Source: Octopus sinensis
Lineage: Eukaryota
Assembly (NCBI RefSeq): GCF_006345805.1
Contig: NC_043019.1
Location: 32,177,360-32,241,359, forward strand
Reading direction: 5' to 3'
Length of the DNA stretch: 64,000 bases
Shown here: in pieces, positions 25,576 through 39,283 of the stretch
How positions within the stretch are numbered: position 1 is the first letter of the stretch
How the letters are laid out: every line of letters begins with the position of its first letter
Notes under the pieces: model-generated
Database searches by the model: none
The model's input: the letters and a program-made list of their open reading frames with translations, nothing else
Told to the model about the DNA's origin: nothing
Translations under genes and position numbers: made by a program

Positions 25576-27157
25576 AAGGGTTAAATTAAGGCTTTACTTG
25601 TAGACCCCTTTTTTTTTTTTGGCGGTGGGGGGGAGGTTACTTTGCACCTCCCTAATCCCCTGCACAACGACAAACACAGAAATCAGTCACTGCCCTGATT
25701 TCCTTTTTCATATTTTGCTGGGGTTTTTATTTTGTTTTGTTTTTTTCTTTTTGTTTTTTGTTACCATCTTCTTCATGCACGTGTGACTGTTTTGGAAATT
25801 CTTGTAGAGAAACCAGAAAGACTACATGACTCTCTTGTCTGTCTTCCTCTCTTTTTCCAGTTACATTGTAAATCCTTCATGCTTTGATTGCATTTAATGA
25901 TAAACAGATAAGGTTTTGCTTCTTCTTCTTCTTTTTTTTTTCCCCCTCCTTATTTGCTAGCCGCAAAACTGCTTGTGTCTGTCTGTTTGTCTATCAGCTA
26001 CCTCCATCCCCATTGCCACCACTATCCGTCCCACCCCGTCCCGTCCTGTCCGTCTTTCCATTATTTGCCACTTGCTGTTTTTAAAGGATTTCTGGCTCTA
26101 TGGTGATATCTTCAAACTAAGAGAGCAAGAGAAATTAGGGGGTGGGGATACGGTAGAGGAGGAGGAGGTGGTGGTAGTTGTTTATTTCTTCCCCCCTGCT
26201 CACCTCCCCAGACAAGACAAAAACTTGTATTCAAAGACATTCCAGCTGTGATCCATCCATTTTAAACTATTTATTATTCAGACATCATATCTTGGATTTA
26301 CATTATCTAATGTGGTCTTTCTCACTCTTTTTAAAACAACAACAACAACATCAAAAAAGAAAAAAAAAACAAGAAACGGGGGGGGAGGAAAATTTGGCTG
26401 TTATTTCTAGCAGGTTGAGGAATGACTACCTTGAGGCCTCACTTAGTGATTGTTGATGGCGATGGCGAGGATATTGCTGCCAGTGTGAACAGTGGCAGAG
26501 TTTCTTGTTATTATATTATTATTGTTGTTGTTGTGGTGTTAGTGGTGGTGGTTTGTTGGTGATAGTATCCTAAAAATACCTTTAATGACTTGGAATGACA
26601 CCATAATTACTCTTAAAAAACAGCCACATGAACTAACTCACAGCTGTTATCTATAATTTCTTTTTTATTTTGTTTTTCTTTTTATCACTTATTACCATCG
26701 TCATCATCATCATCATCATCATCATCACCTTCGTCGTCGTCGTCATAAACATATTAGAAACATACTCTTTTACATTGCAGTTCTAATACATAACAAACAA
26801 ACCAACGAAAATGTGGTGGAGAACATCTGCTTTCAATAGATTTTTTTTTTTCTTCTTTCGTGCTACTATTATTATTAGTTGTTGTAGTAGTAGTAGTAGT
26901 AGTAAACATCTTTCTCATTTGTATCTTGTCAAGTTTGTTTTCATTTTTCTTCCAAATAAGAATCACTTGTTCTTTCTTTATTTCTTTCCTCTCTTTCTTT
27001 CCTATTTCTTTTTTTTTTTGTTAATTTGTCCTGTACATATTGTTTTTCTCCTTTTTTTTTTTTGTTTCTTAATGTGCTAATTGACTATTTGTGTATCTGC
27101 ATGTTTATACATATGTGTGTGTGTATGTATATATATATATATGTATATATATATATA

Positions 27158-27978
27158 AGGCGAGCTGGCAGAAACGTTAGCACGCCGGGCGAAATGCATA
27201 GCCGTATTTCATCCATGGTTACGTTCCGAGTTCAAATTCCGCCGAGGTCGACTTAGCCTTTCATCCTTTCGGGGTCAATAAATTAAGTACCAGTTACGCA
27301 CTGGGGTCGATGTAATCGACTTAATCCCTTTGTCTGTCCTTGTTTGTCCCCTCTATGTTTAGCCCCTTGTGGGTAGTAAAGAAATTTATGTGTGTGTATG
27401 CATATAATATATACAGGCATGGCTGTGTGGTAAGAGACTTGCTTCCCAACTGCATGGGTTCCAGGTTCAGTCCCATTGCATGGCACCTTTGGCAAATGTC
27501 TTCTACTAAAGCCTTGGGCTGACCAAAGCATTTGTGAGTGGATTTGGTAGACAGAAACTGAGAGAAGCTTGTCATGCATAGGCACAGGAATGACTGTGTG
27601 ATAAAGTAGCTTGCTTACCAACCACATGGTTCTGGGTTCAGTCCCACTGCGTGGCATCTTGGGCAAGTGTCTTTGACTATAGCCTCAGGCCGACCAAAGC
27701 CTTGTGAGTGGATTTGGCAGGCGGAAACTGAAAGAAGCCCATCGTATACATGTGTGTGTGTCGGTGTGTATGTTTGTCTGTGTTTGTCCCCCCAACATTG
27801 TTTAACAACCCATGCTGGTGTGTTTACATCTCTGTAACTTAGCGGTTCGGCAAAATGGACTAATAGAATAAGCACAAGGCTTACAAAGAATAAGTCCTGG
27901 GGTTGATTTCTTTGACTAAAACCCTTTAAGGCTGTGCTCCAACATGGCCACAGTCAAATAACTGAAACAAATAAAAGA
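27158..27978 (+). mobile_element. SINE cluster: family B, then family A with two heads
   Basis: Family consensus matches. Confidence 0.75.
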
Positions 27979-28215
27979 ATGTGTGTGTGTGTGTTAATTC
28001 ACCTGAAGCAATAAATTACATAACTCAGTGTAAAGTATTCTTTAATACAACACATTGTATCTGAATGACTCCTAATTTCAATACTCAGAGTTACACATCT
28101 CTCCTCAATCAGCTGGTATCCTTAGCCCCTGTTTTTCCTTTCAAAATATTTGCTATTTGAAGTTCTGAAGAAAAAGTGTACTTTTTTATAAATATATACA
28201 TGCACACACACACAC

Positions 28216-28248
<33 letters not shown>

Positions 28249-28275
28249 TATATATATACACACACACACATATAT

Positions 28276-28323
<48 letters not shown>

Positions 28324-28414
28324 GCATCAAAGAAAATGCTTAACAACATTTCTTCTAACACAATATGCATATGGTGTAGTGGTTTAGAGTATATATATAT
28401 ATATATATATATAT

Positions 28415-28790
28415 ACTCTTGTTTCAGTCATTTGACTACAGCCATGCTGGAGCACCACCTTTTAGTCGAGTAAATCGACCCCAGGACTTATTCTTTATAA
28501 GCCTAGTACCCTAGTACTTATTCTATCAGCCTCTTTTGCCAAACTGCTAAGTTATGGGTGACATAAACACATGAACATCGGTTGTCAAACGATGGTTTGG
28601 GGAACAAACACATACTCACAAACACACACACCACACACACACATATATATATATACATATATACACAACAGGCTTTGATCGGCCTGAGGCTATAGTAGAA
28701 GATACTTGCCTAAGGTTCCACTCAGTGGGACTGAACCTGGAACCATGTGGTTGGGAGGCAAGCTTTGTACCACATGGCCACTCCTGCACG
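28415..28790 (-). mobile_element. SINE family A
   Basis: Family A consensus, reverse strand. Confidence 0.75.
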
Positions 28791-29050
28791 TGCATTATAA
28801 TTGCATAAGCACTTGCGTGTGGATGCGTGTGGTATATGCTTAATCTCTTCCAAATGTTAATTGGCATTCAGCTGATTCTGTTGGTATTTGCTTCAAAACA
28901 AGTTTGCAGCTGAGAGAGAGAGAGAGAGAGAGAGAAAGAAAGAGAGAGCGAGAGGAAGAGTTTGTTGTGTGTGTAGCTGCAGGAATGGTTGTGTATTTAA
29001 GAAGTGCACCGCTCAACCGCGTGGTTCCAGGTTCAGTCACACTGCACAGT

Positions 29051-29706
29051 GCACATGGCTATTCGTTATTCGCCAGGTTATATATAGCTCCTGGTCAGTT
29101 CTTATGCATAGGGTCATGTAGAAGACGAAGACAGGTTTTGGTGAGGAGGTGGCATCGTTAGTGCATCAAAGAAAATGCTTAACATCATTTCTTCTAACAC
29201 AATATGCATATGGTGTAGAGGTTTATAGCGTGGGCTCTAAACCCCAAGATTCTGATTTCGATTCCAAGCAGTGACCTGAACAATAACAATAATAGTAATA
29301 TCGAAAAATACCTTAAAAATGAGAACCCAGGTTCGAAATTTCCCCAAGACACCTGGAGAAGGTAGAGGGTATATCAGTGCACATGGCTATTCGGTTATTC
29401 CCCAGGTTATATATAGCTCCTGGTCAGTTCTTATGCATAGGGTCATGTACAAAACGAAAACGGGTTTTGGTGAGGAGGTGGCATCGTTAGTTCATCAAGG
29501 AAAATGCTTAACAACATTTCTTCTAACACAATATGCATATGGTGTAGTGGTTTAGAGTGTGGACTACTAACCCCACGATTCTGAGTTCGATTCCAAGCAG
29601 TGACCTGAACAGTAACAATAATAATAATATCGAAAAATACCTTAAAAATGAGAACCCAGGTTTGAAATTTCCCCAAGACACCTGATGAAGGCTGGAGGGT
29701 ATATCA
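29051..29706 (+). repeat. 328-bp tandem duplication
   Basis: gcacatggctattc starts at 29051 and 29379; cagt microhomology at the junction. Confidence 0.9.
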
Positions 29707-29790
29707 GCTGAAACGTTGTGTTAACAACAAACAAGATGAGGACAAATATCCAAAGGTCAATAATGTACATAATTCCTCATCTCTTAAATA
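29490..29790 (+). mobile_element. tRNA-headed, hammerhead-bearing retroelement (retrozyme/SINE-like)
   Basis: A-box TGGTGTAGTGG 29540-29550, B-box GTTCGATTC 29585-29593, hammerhead 29677-29722; leader also at 28323-28389 and about 29162. Confidence 0.6.
29677..29722 (+). ncRNA. Type I minimal hammerhead ribozyme, canonical core
   Basis: GACAC-CTGATGA-A-GGCTG gagggtatat CAGCT-GAAA-CG-TT-GTGTT; stem I GACAC/GTGTT, stem II GGCTG/CAGCT, palindromic ACGT stem III; predicted cut after 29717. Confidence 0.75.
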
Positions 29791-30626
29791 TAGAACAATA
29801 TTTCTTCTGCCTCCTTTTTTTATTTTGAGCTTGAATCTCGCCGAGGTCAACTGTGCCATTAATTCATCCTTTCATGGTTGATTGAATAAAGTACCAGTAA
29901 AACACAAAGTTGCTGGCCTTGTGCCAAAATTAGAGAGAATTGTAATGGATTAGTGTATACTGAGTACTCCAGACAAAATGTTTCTAATATAATATGATTG
30001 TGTAGTAAAACACCTGCTTCTTAACCACACTGTTCTGAGTTCAATCCTGCTGCATGACACCTTTGGCAGCTGTAAAGACATGTATTGTATCCTTTAAATA
30101 AATAACATTTACTTGCACTATGACCCAGCGTTGCCGAGTCATAGTGCTAGTGCATGCATATAGAGCTACGTGCATGCACACATACGCACGAGTACTGTCC
30201 AAATCTCTGACCAATCACATACAACTAGCTGGCATTCAATTGGCGTATCAAGTTTCGGGCTTTTTGATTGGGTTTTGGACAGAAAATTCACAAAAAAGTC
30301 ACTTCTATTGAATTTTTTAATGGCTTTGCGGGGTGACTGGGGAAATGTAAATATGTGCACGACCACCCTTGGATGGTTTTGAATGACCATAGAAAGTGCG
30401 AGCCCTCCAACTGAAAAATTATGGATTTGTATAAAGGACACACACACACACAGACATTTTGCCGTATATATATATATATATAGAGAGATATCTCATCAGA
30501 TAGAATACGTTTTTTGTTTAACCTTCTATCACTGAACAGTATGTTATAAATATATATTCAATATCAACAAAATATGATTAATGTGTATACATTATTTATA
30601 TCGTTTACTGTTTCTCTATTTTTCAG

Positions 30627-30694
30627 GTGAAGCGAGTCAGACAAAAAGAAGGAGAAGACAGCGTAGGGGATAATACCAGCAATAATAACAACAG
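30627..30694 (+). CDS. Isolated internal exon of an unidentified gene (VKRVRQKEGEDSVGDNTSNNNN-R/S)
   Basis: Acceptor tttctctatttttcag|, donor cag|GTAAGT; 68 nt; only frame 0 is open; non-repetitive. Confidence 0.55.
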
Positions 30695-31375
30695 GTAAGT
30701 TCTAAAAGTTTGCTTAAGATCCAGGGTCTGGGCAGTGGGCTGTGGGGCTGTTCGAGAGGACTCCATCATCAGTAAATCCATCTTACATGCTATCTTCATC
30801 TCTCACCATCTTTGTATATATCACCTCATGTCTATATAGTTATGTGTGTGTGTTTGTGTACCTGTATGTGTATCTTCTTAAATCTATTCTATGTGCAGTT
30901 TGTGTGCATACCTGTATACAGGTGTGTTTTAAATATCACACCACGCTCTATTTCTTCTTATGTGCATACAGGTGTGTGTTTCGTGTGTTTAGGACCAAAT
31001 GTTCGCAAGCCCATTGGTATGGGGTTCAGTCCCACTGCACACCACCTTGGGCAAAGGTATTCCACTGTAGGTAGCTCTTAGTCAATCAATGCCTTATAAG
31101 TGAATTTGGTAGATGGAAACTGCATGGAAACCTGTTTGTGTGTGTGTGTACATGTGTATGCCTCTATATGTTATCAATGTATACATCAACAAACGAACGT
31201 GTACAGATATGTTTGTACATATACATATACATATACATATATATCATCATTTAACATCCGTTGTCCATGCTGGCATGGGTTGGACAGTTTGGTCAGAGCT
31301 GGCAAGCTGGGGAGCTGCACGAGACTCCAGTCTCATTTGACATCCGTTTTTATAATGCCAAATATATATGTATAT

Positions 31376-31840
31376 ACTTCTTTATTGCCCACAAGGGGCT
31401 AAACATAGAGGGGACTAACAAGGACAGACAAAGGGATTAAGTCGATTACATCCACCCCAGTGCGAAACTGGTACTTTATTTGTCGACCCCAAAAGGATGA
31501 AACGCAAAGTCGACCTCGGCGGAATTTGAACTCAGAACGTAATGATAGACGAAATACCTATTTCTTTACTACCCACAAGGGGCTAAACACAGAGGGGACA
31601 AACGAGGACAGACAAAGGGATTAAGTCGATTACATCAACCCCCAGTGCGTAACTGGTACTTAATTTATCGACCCCGAAAGGATGAAAGGCAAAGTCGACC
31701 TCGGCGGAATTTGAACTCAGAACGTAACGGCTACGCATTTCGCCCAGCGTGCTAATGTTTCTGCCAGCTCATCGCCAACAGATGAAATACCATTAAGCAT
31801 TTCACCCGGCGCGCTTACATGTCTGCCAGCTCACCGCCTT
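31376..31840 (-). mobile_element. SINE family B with duplicated body (dimer)
   Basis: About 184-bp body repeated; junction gacgaaatacctatttctttactacccacaagg. Confidence 0.85.
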
Positions 31841-31841
31841 C

Positions 31842-31883
<42 letters not shown>

Positions 31884-32121
31884 AGGGCTTGTGACCTAAT
31901 AGTTCGGGTATTGCACTAACAATCACAAGATTGTGATTTCAGTTCCCAGACTGGGCGATGCTGTGTGTTCTTGAGCCAAACTCTCCATTTCACATCGCTC
32001 CATGGTGTTGTCGATGCCTGCCATGTGGCAGCACAAACAATTGGTTACTATAATCAGATCATCTGTGCAGGTTGTTAAGAAAGAAATTGTGGCGCACTTT
32101 ATAACAGGAGAATCCTCTGTA

Positions 32122-33120
32122 TACTCTTTTCTCTTTTACTTGTTTCAGTCATTTGACTGCAGCCATGCTGGAGCACCACCTTTAATCGAGCAACTCGACC
32201 CCGGGACTTATTCTTTTGTAAGCCCAGTACTTATTCTATCGGTCTCTTTTGCCGAACCGCTAAGTAACGGGGACATAAACACACCAGCATCAGCTGTGAA
32301 GCAATGCTAGGGGGACAAACACACACACGCATACATATATATATATATACATATATACGACGGGCTTCTTTCAGTTTCCGTCTACCAAATCCACTCACAA
32401 GGCTTTGGTCGGCCCGAGGCTATAGTAGAAGACACTTGTCCAAGGTGCCATGCAGTGAGATTGAACCCGGAACCATGTGGTTGGTAGACAAGCTACTTAC
32501 CACACAGCCACTTGTTTCTGTAATTTGACTGTAGCCATGCTAGAGCATCACCGTAAAAGGTTTCTTGGTCAAAGGAATTGACCCAGGGGCTTATCCTTTG
32601 TAAGCCTAGTACTAATTCTATCGGCCACTTTTGCCAAACTTCTAAGTTATGGTGACATAAGCACACCAGCATCAGTTGTTGAGCGATGGCAGGGGGACAA
32701 ACACGCACATAAATACATACATATACTCTTTACTCTTTTACTGGTTTCATTCATTTGACTGCGGCCATGCTGGAGCACCAGCTTTAGTCGAGTAAATCAA
32801 CCCCAGGACTTATTCGTTGTAAGCCTAGTACTTATTATATCAGTGTCTTTTGCTGAACTACTAAGTTAGGGGGACGTAAACACACCAGCATCGGTTGTCA
32901 AGCGATGTTGGGGGAACAAAGGCACACATACATATATATATATATATATACACATATACGACGGGCTTCTTTCAGTTTCCGTCTACCAAATCCACTCACA
33001 AGGCTTTGGTCGACCCGAGGCTATAGTAGTAGACACTTGCTCAAGTTGCCACATAGTGGGACTGAAACCGGGACCATGTAGTTGGTAAGAAGCTACTTAT
33101 CACACAGCCACTCCTGCCCA
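32122..33120 (-). mobile_element. Three tandem family A SINE copies or fragments
   Basis: About 32122-32510, 32500-32715 and 32725-33120. Confidence 0.75.
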
Positions 33121-34153
33121 TATATATATATATATATGACAAAATTCTTTCAGTTTCCATCTACTAAATCCACTCACAAGACTTATTAAAACAGAGCTAA
33201 TAGTGAGGGATTATCAATCTGGGCAAAATACTCCAAAAACTCTCTTTGCACACCAGGCTATCAATATTGGTTAGATTAGTGAAAAACTCCCTATATTCTT
33301 ATGGCAGGTTCTGAGTTTATGGTTCATCACAGTTCTGTATTGTAAATCCATACAAGACAAGGGTGTAAATAATAGTCATTGCATATATTTTTTCCTTTGT
33401 TTGAGCGAATTTGGCTTACAGCTGTTTCAAGTCATCGTTACATGTACATTACTGATAGGTTTAATCAATTGGTCTATTGATCTGTTGAGAAAAAAAATGA
33501 ACGATCTCAAGAAATTGATGCGACTTTTGTCAGAGACATTTCAGATTATAACCAGAAATGGCTCTGTATGTGGGTGTGTGTGTACTTTTATGTATGTGTA
33601 TCTATGTGTGTGTGTACTTTCATATATATTTTTATATGTGTTTGTGTGATGGAAATGTGTATTCTTCATGTGTTTGTGCACTTTTGCATATTTATGTTGT
33701 ATGCTCTATGTGTGTCTATGTGCTTGTGCTCATGTATATGATGTGTGTGTGTGTGTGTGTGTGTGCTTGAGCATGTGTGTTATATGCTATGCACGTATGT
33801 GTGTGCTTGTGTGCATATATATGATGTATGTGTGTGCATACTTGTTCCTTCATAACTTAAATCTTATATCCACATCCACGACAGAATCTGTATGTATTTG
33901 TGTGTATATATATATATATATGTATGTATGTCTGTGTGTGTGTGTGTGTTCTGAAAAACGTGGGTGCAGGTTAAAAATTGTTCACATACATGTATATAAA
34001 TATACATAAATACATACAAACATACTCATATCCATCTCCTGCCTCCCCCTTTTCTCTCTCTCTCTCCCCGACTTAAAATTACGAAAGGCAGAAAAAGAAA
34101 CCAAAGGTTTGTTTGGACAGCTTGACATTTTATGTTGCTACTTTGCTGATAAT

Positions 34154-34198
<45 letters not shown>

Positions 34199-34199
<1 letters not shown>

Positions 34200-34441
34200 C
34201 TCTTTTACTTGTTTCAGTCACTTGACTATGGCTATGCTGGAGCACCGCCTTTAGTCGAACAAATCCCCCCCCCCCGGGGACTTAGTCCTTGTAAGCCTAG
34301 TACTTATTTTATCGGTCTATTTTGCCGAACCTCTAAGTTACAGGAACATAAACACACCAACATCAATTGTCAAACGATGCGAGGGGGGGGACAAACACAG
34401 ACCCACAAATACATACATACATACATACATATATATACACT

Positions 34442-34482
<41 letters not shown>

Positions 34483-34585
34483 ACACACACATGATGGGCT
34501 TCTTTCAGTTTCTGTCTACAGTAGGATTGAACCTGGAACCATTTGGCTGGTAAGCAAGCTACTGACCACACAGCCACCCCTGCTC
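34199..34585 (-). mobile_element. SINE family A
   Basis: Family A consensus, reverse strand. Confidence 0.75.
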
Positions 34586-35819
34586 CTATTATATATATAT
34601 ATATATCTCAGTCATAATGATTCTCATGGCTATTGAGTTGTTTTGACTCTTATTTCTAGCAATACTAGTGCTGATCAGTGCCCTTTGTCACTTAAGTGAC
34701 GTCTATATTCTACCTTTAGGTTGTAAAATTGCGAAAAACCACCCACATTATTTATATATGTATGTATATATAGAAAGACAGGGTGTATATTTATATCACA
34801 CACATGCCATGGTTTCTTTTTAATAGTTTATCACAATTTCTAGCCCCATTATTATATATCTATAATGTCTATTTTATATAGCAACAACATCATAATTCAC
34901 ATTAACTAAACAGCCACCTTCATAATTAATTGTTCTCTGCTCGTTGCATTTCTCCAATGCATCTGCTCATGTAATCGGCTTCGTTACATTTTGCTGACTC
35001 CCGATGTGATGACAAACAGTCTTCTTCACGTATCACTACTCGACACACACACACACCTCACGTAGAATTGTTGTTGTTCTACATGTTGTTGCTGGTATGT
35101 TAAATGTGTGTGTGTATATATATATATATGTATGTATGTGTGTATGTATGTATGTGCATGTATGTGTATGTATATATATGTATGTATATGTATGTAGGTA
35201 TATATGTGTATATATATATATATGTATGTTGTGTATATGTATGTATATATATATGTATGTATGTGTATATATATATATATATATGGTATGTGTGTATGTG
35301 TGTATATATATATATATATATATGGTGTATGTGTGTGTTATATTATATATATATATATGTATGTGTGGTATATATATATATATATGTAGTGGTGTATAAT
35401 ATATATATATATGTAGTGTGTGTATATAATATATATATATGTATGTATGTGTATAGATATATATATATATAATATCATCATCATCATCATCATCATCGTT
35501 TAGCGTCCGCTTTCCATGCTAGCATGGGTTGGACGGGTCAACTGGGGTCTGTGAAGCTGGAAGGCTTCGTCAGGCCCAGTCAGATCTGGCAGTGTTTCTA
35601 CGGCTGGATGCCCTTCCTAACGCCATATATATATATATATGGTAAATGAAAGACAAAGATGGAATATACTAGAATTTATTATTTATTAAGCACAACAATT
35701 GTTTTGACACATCTAGCGATTCCTCATGGAATCTTTCATTTGCCATATACCAAATGAACACTGTGAAAGTAACCATGCTTTACCAGTAAGCCACCAGGTA
35801 TAAACCATTCATTTTATTA

Positions 35820-36222
35820 TAGGAGTGGCTGTGTGGTAAGTAGCTTGTTTACCAACCACATGTTTCCGGGTTCAGTCCCACTGCGCGGCACCTTGGGCAA
35901 GTGTCCGCTACTCTAGCCTCAGGCCGACCAAAGCCTTATGAGTGGATTTGGTAGATGGAAACTGAAAGAAGCCCATCGTATATATGTATATATATATATG
36001 TGTGTGTGTATATGTTTCTGTGTCTGTGTTTGTCCCCCCAACATCACTTGACAACCAACGCTGGTGTGTTTATGTCACCGTAACTTAGCGGTTCGACAAA
36101 AGGGACCGATAGAATAAGTACTAGGCTTACAAAGAATAAGTCTTGGGGTCGATTTGTTCGACTAAAGGCAGTGCTCCAACATGGCCACAGTCAAATGACT
36201 GAAACAAGTAAAAGAGAGTAAA
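35820..36222 (+). mobile_element. SINE family A, full length
   Basis: Family A consensus. Confidence 0.85.
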
Positions 36223-36241
36223 AAAGGTGAGAGTATATATA

Positions 36242-36679
36242 TAGGGTGGCCCAAAAATAGGCTTGCAGTTATCACAGAAGCACTTCAAATTTTTTTAACC
36301 CTTTAGTGTTCACATTATTCTGCCAAAATTAATCCGTTTTTATCCACATTCTTTTGAACTAATCATGCATTATCTTGTAGCTATGAGATTTTGATGTGGT
36401 AGCTATTCATTTTTAAAACGATATTGTAGGGTTGGTGTGAGAGACCAGATCTGGCCAGTTTGAACATAAAACAGACAGAATACTTTTGGCCGGATATGGC
36501 CGGTTTAAATGCTAAAGGGTTAAAGCATTTTATTACGTTTAAATTTCTATCGTACAATTAACTAAATTAGCATAGAATAATGGTTTCATCTTTTCTCAGT
36601 AATTAAGATCTGAACTGTTAGTATATGAATGCGAAAGAGATAGTTGAATAAATGTAAGCCTACTTTTTGGGCCACCCTG
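36242..36679. mobile_element. Tc1/mariner-like MITE (host of a nested MITE)
   Basis: TIR (C/T)AGGGTGGCCCAAAAATAGGCTT / AAGCCTACTTTTTGGGCCACCCTG; TA flanks. Confidence 0.8.
36299..36519. mobile_element. piggyBac-like MITE, 221 bp, TTAA TSD
   Basis: TTAA-CCCTTTAG ... CTAAAGGG-TTAA; relatives at about 11730, 23625, 24440, 43057, 45950 and 56371. Confidence 0.85.
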
Positions 36680-37284
36680 TATATATGTATGTATGTGTGT
36701 GTGTGTGTTGTGTGTGCGTGTGTGTGTGTATTATGTATGTAATGTAAATATATACACATGCAACACACACACACATATATATATATAATATATATATATA
36801 CTATATATATATATATATATACACCTTACAATCTAATAGTACAGTGGGTTTTTTTTTTCTTTCACTACACTCATGCATATATGCACCCTTGTATACCAGC
36901 ACTTACTCTCTCTCTCTCTCCTTACCTGTGTGTGTCTTAAGAGAGTGAGACTGACAGACAGACAGACAGAAGATACATAGTCATTATCCGTGAAATACCA
37001 GGCAAAGCTATCAGCTTGTATTATTTTTATAACTTGCATTGTTTTGGGTTGTGGGAGAAAAAAAAACATTTAATCAAAAGCACATGTGTGTGTGTGTGTG
37101 TGTAATTAGTCCTATCTCAGGGTACTGAGCACTGGTGTATATCACTAAGAAGTGTAAGATAATCAGTAAGATAAAATATTGTATATATTGCAATGTGTGT
37201 GTCTATATATATATATGTATATATATACACATACATTTTTTCTTTTTTCTTATATTTTCTATTTTTTTATTTTTTTTATCTTTT

Positions 37285-37828
37285 ATTCTTTTACTTGTTT
37301 CAGTCATTTGACTGTGGCCATGCTGGGGCACCACCTTTAGTCAAGCAAATCAACCCCAGGACTTATTCTTTGTAAGCCTAGTACTTATTCTATCGGTCGT
37401 TTTCTGCTGAACTGCTAAGTTACGGGGGATGTAAACACACCAGCATTGGTTGTCAAGCAATGTTGGGGAGACAAACACAACCACACACACATACATACAT
37501 ATATATATATATATATATTAAGGTATGTAGAAAAATACAACATGGACAAGAACGTATAACTCTTAGAAGACGATACAATAAACATGGACAGGACATTCGA
37601 ACCCTTCAGTCTTCAGTCAAGAACCGGATCATCGTAGTAATTTCGGCTGATATATACACACACACACATGACAGGCTTCTTTCAGTTTCCATCTACCAAA
37701 TCCACTCACAAGGCTTTGGTCAGCCCGACTATAGTAGAAGACACTTGCCCAAGGTGTCACACAGTGGGACTGAACCCAGGACCATGTGGTTGGGAAGCAA
37801 GCTTCTTACCACACAGCCATGCTTGCGC
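37285..37828 (-). mobile_element. SINE family A interrupted at its microsatellite by another repeat (37518-37645)
   Basis: Insert aaggtatgtagaaaaatacaacatggacaagaacg also occurs at about 870-945. Confidence 0.7.
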
Positions 37829-37952
37829 TAATATGTATATATGTGTGTGTGTGTGTATATATATTCTTTTACACACTTCAGTCATTTAACTGCAGCCATG
37901 CTGGAGCACTGCCTTAAAATTGTATCTCTGTGTGCATGTGCTTGCATACATA

Positions 37953-37990
<38 letters not shown>

Positions 37991-38725
37991 CACACATTGA
38001 GAAAGAGGGGTGGGAAGGAGGGAGCAGCTGTTAGAGTATTTTTATCTATCCCCCCCTCGCTCCCCTTTGAGTGTGGATGTTCTTATTTGTACCAGTAATA
38101 CACTGGCATTCAGCTGACACTTTCCAGCTGTGGGTTATCTCCCACCCTATATCTGCTATTAATAGCTTTTTTTTTTTCTGTGCTACAACTAATAGTGCAT
38201 TGTGTATGCTGATGCATTGTGTATCTCATATTCTGTGTGTGTGTGTGTGTGTGTGTGTGGCAATCTTTTTTATCTTTGCAGTTTCGGGGCCCCTTTTTCA
38301 TATCAACAACCCCCGTTTTGGCAACCTCTAAAGTCTCTGGTTTTCATTCTCACCATTGTCTGTCTCCCTCTCTGTCTCTCTCCTCCGCACTCTGTTTACG
38401 AAAACCCTTCCAGCACCCCTTAATATGGAGATCAGCCTCTCCTTTCATCCAATCCCCCCTACTCCCTGGTTGACTCACCCCCGCCCACCCTGCCGTCCCC
38501 ACCTTTCAGGCTCTATCACTTCCAGCACCACCACCACCACCACTACTATTTCTCCTCACACTGCTTCACCTCACCCCCACCCCCCACCCGTCTACTACTC
38601 CTTGCAGAACTAACAGCCCCTACTTGATGTCTTAGGGGAAAACAAGTGTTTCTAGGAGGACCTGTAATGAAAGTTCCTATTTTTTAAGCAACACTTGACA
38701 ACATAGCAGCAGCAGCAACAGCAGT

Positions 38726-38788
<63 letters not shown>

Positions 38789-39067
38789 TGTAGTGGTTGT
38801 AGTGGTAGTAGTAGTAGTAGTAGTAGTTCTAATTGCCATCATCATCATCATCATCATCACAGTTGCTACTTCAGCCTTGTCGGCTAATCTCACCCCTTTC
38901 TCTCTCTCTTTCTCTCCCCTAATGTTGCCCCCTCTATTATGCCCTACGTGTTTATACTACTTGTGTATGTAGTTAAGTCAAGCAGAAGATAGACTGAACA
39001 CGTTTTCAAGTATGATGTAAAGTTTGGCTAATTAACCAATAAAAAGAGAACACACACATATTTATAG

Positions 39068-39115
<48 letters not shown>

Positions 39116-39245
39116 TTGCGTATTATATAAATAGATGTATGTTTGTATATATTTATATATATATATATTCATATTTCTATAAATTTATATATATTCATAT
39201 TTGTATACATTTGTGTGTGAATAAATATATATGTATGTATGTATG

Positions 39246-39283
<38 letters not shown>

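Noticed and set aside
37585-37645. Hammerhead remnants on minus strand (tatcagccgaaa; ctgaagactgaagggttcgaatgtc)
   Set aside because: Only partial motifs; a full three-stem fold could not be built
38282-38423. Candidate terminal exon in phase with 30694
   Set aside because: Acceptor follows a (TG)n tract, the peptide is unrecognisable, and the region is low complexity
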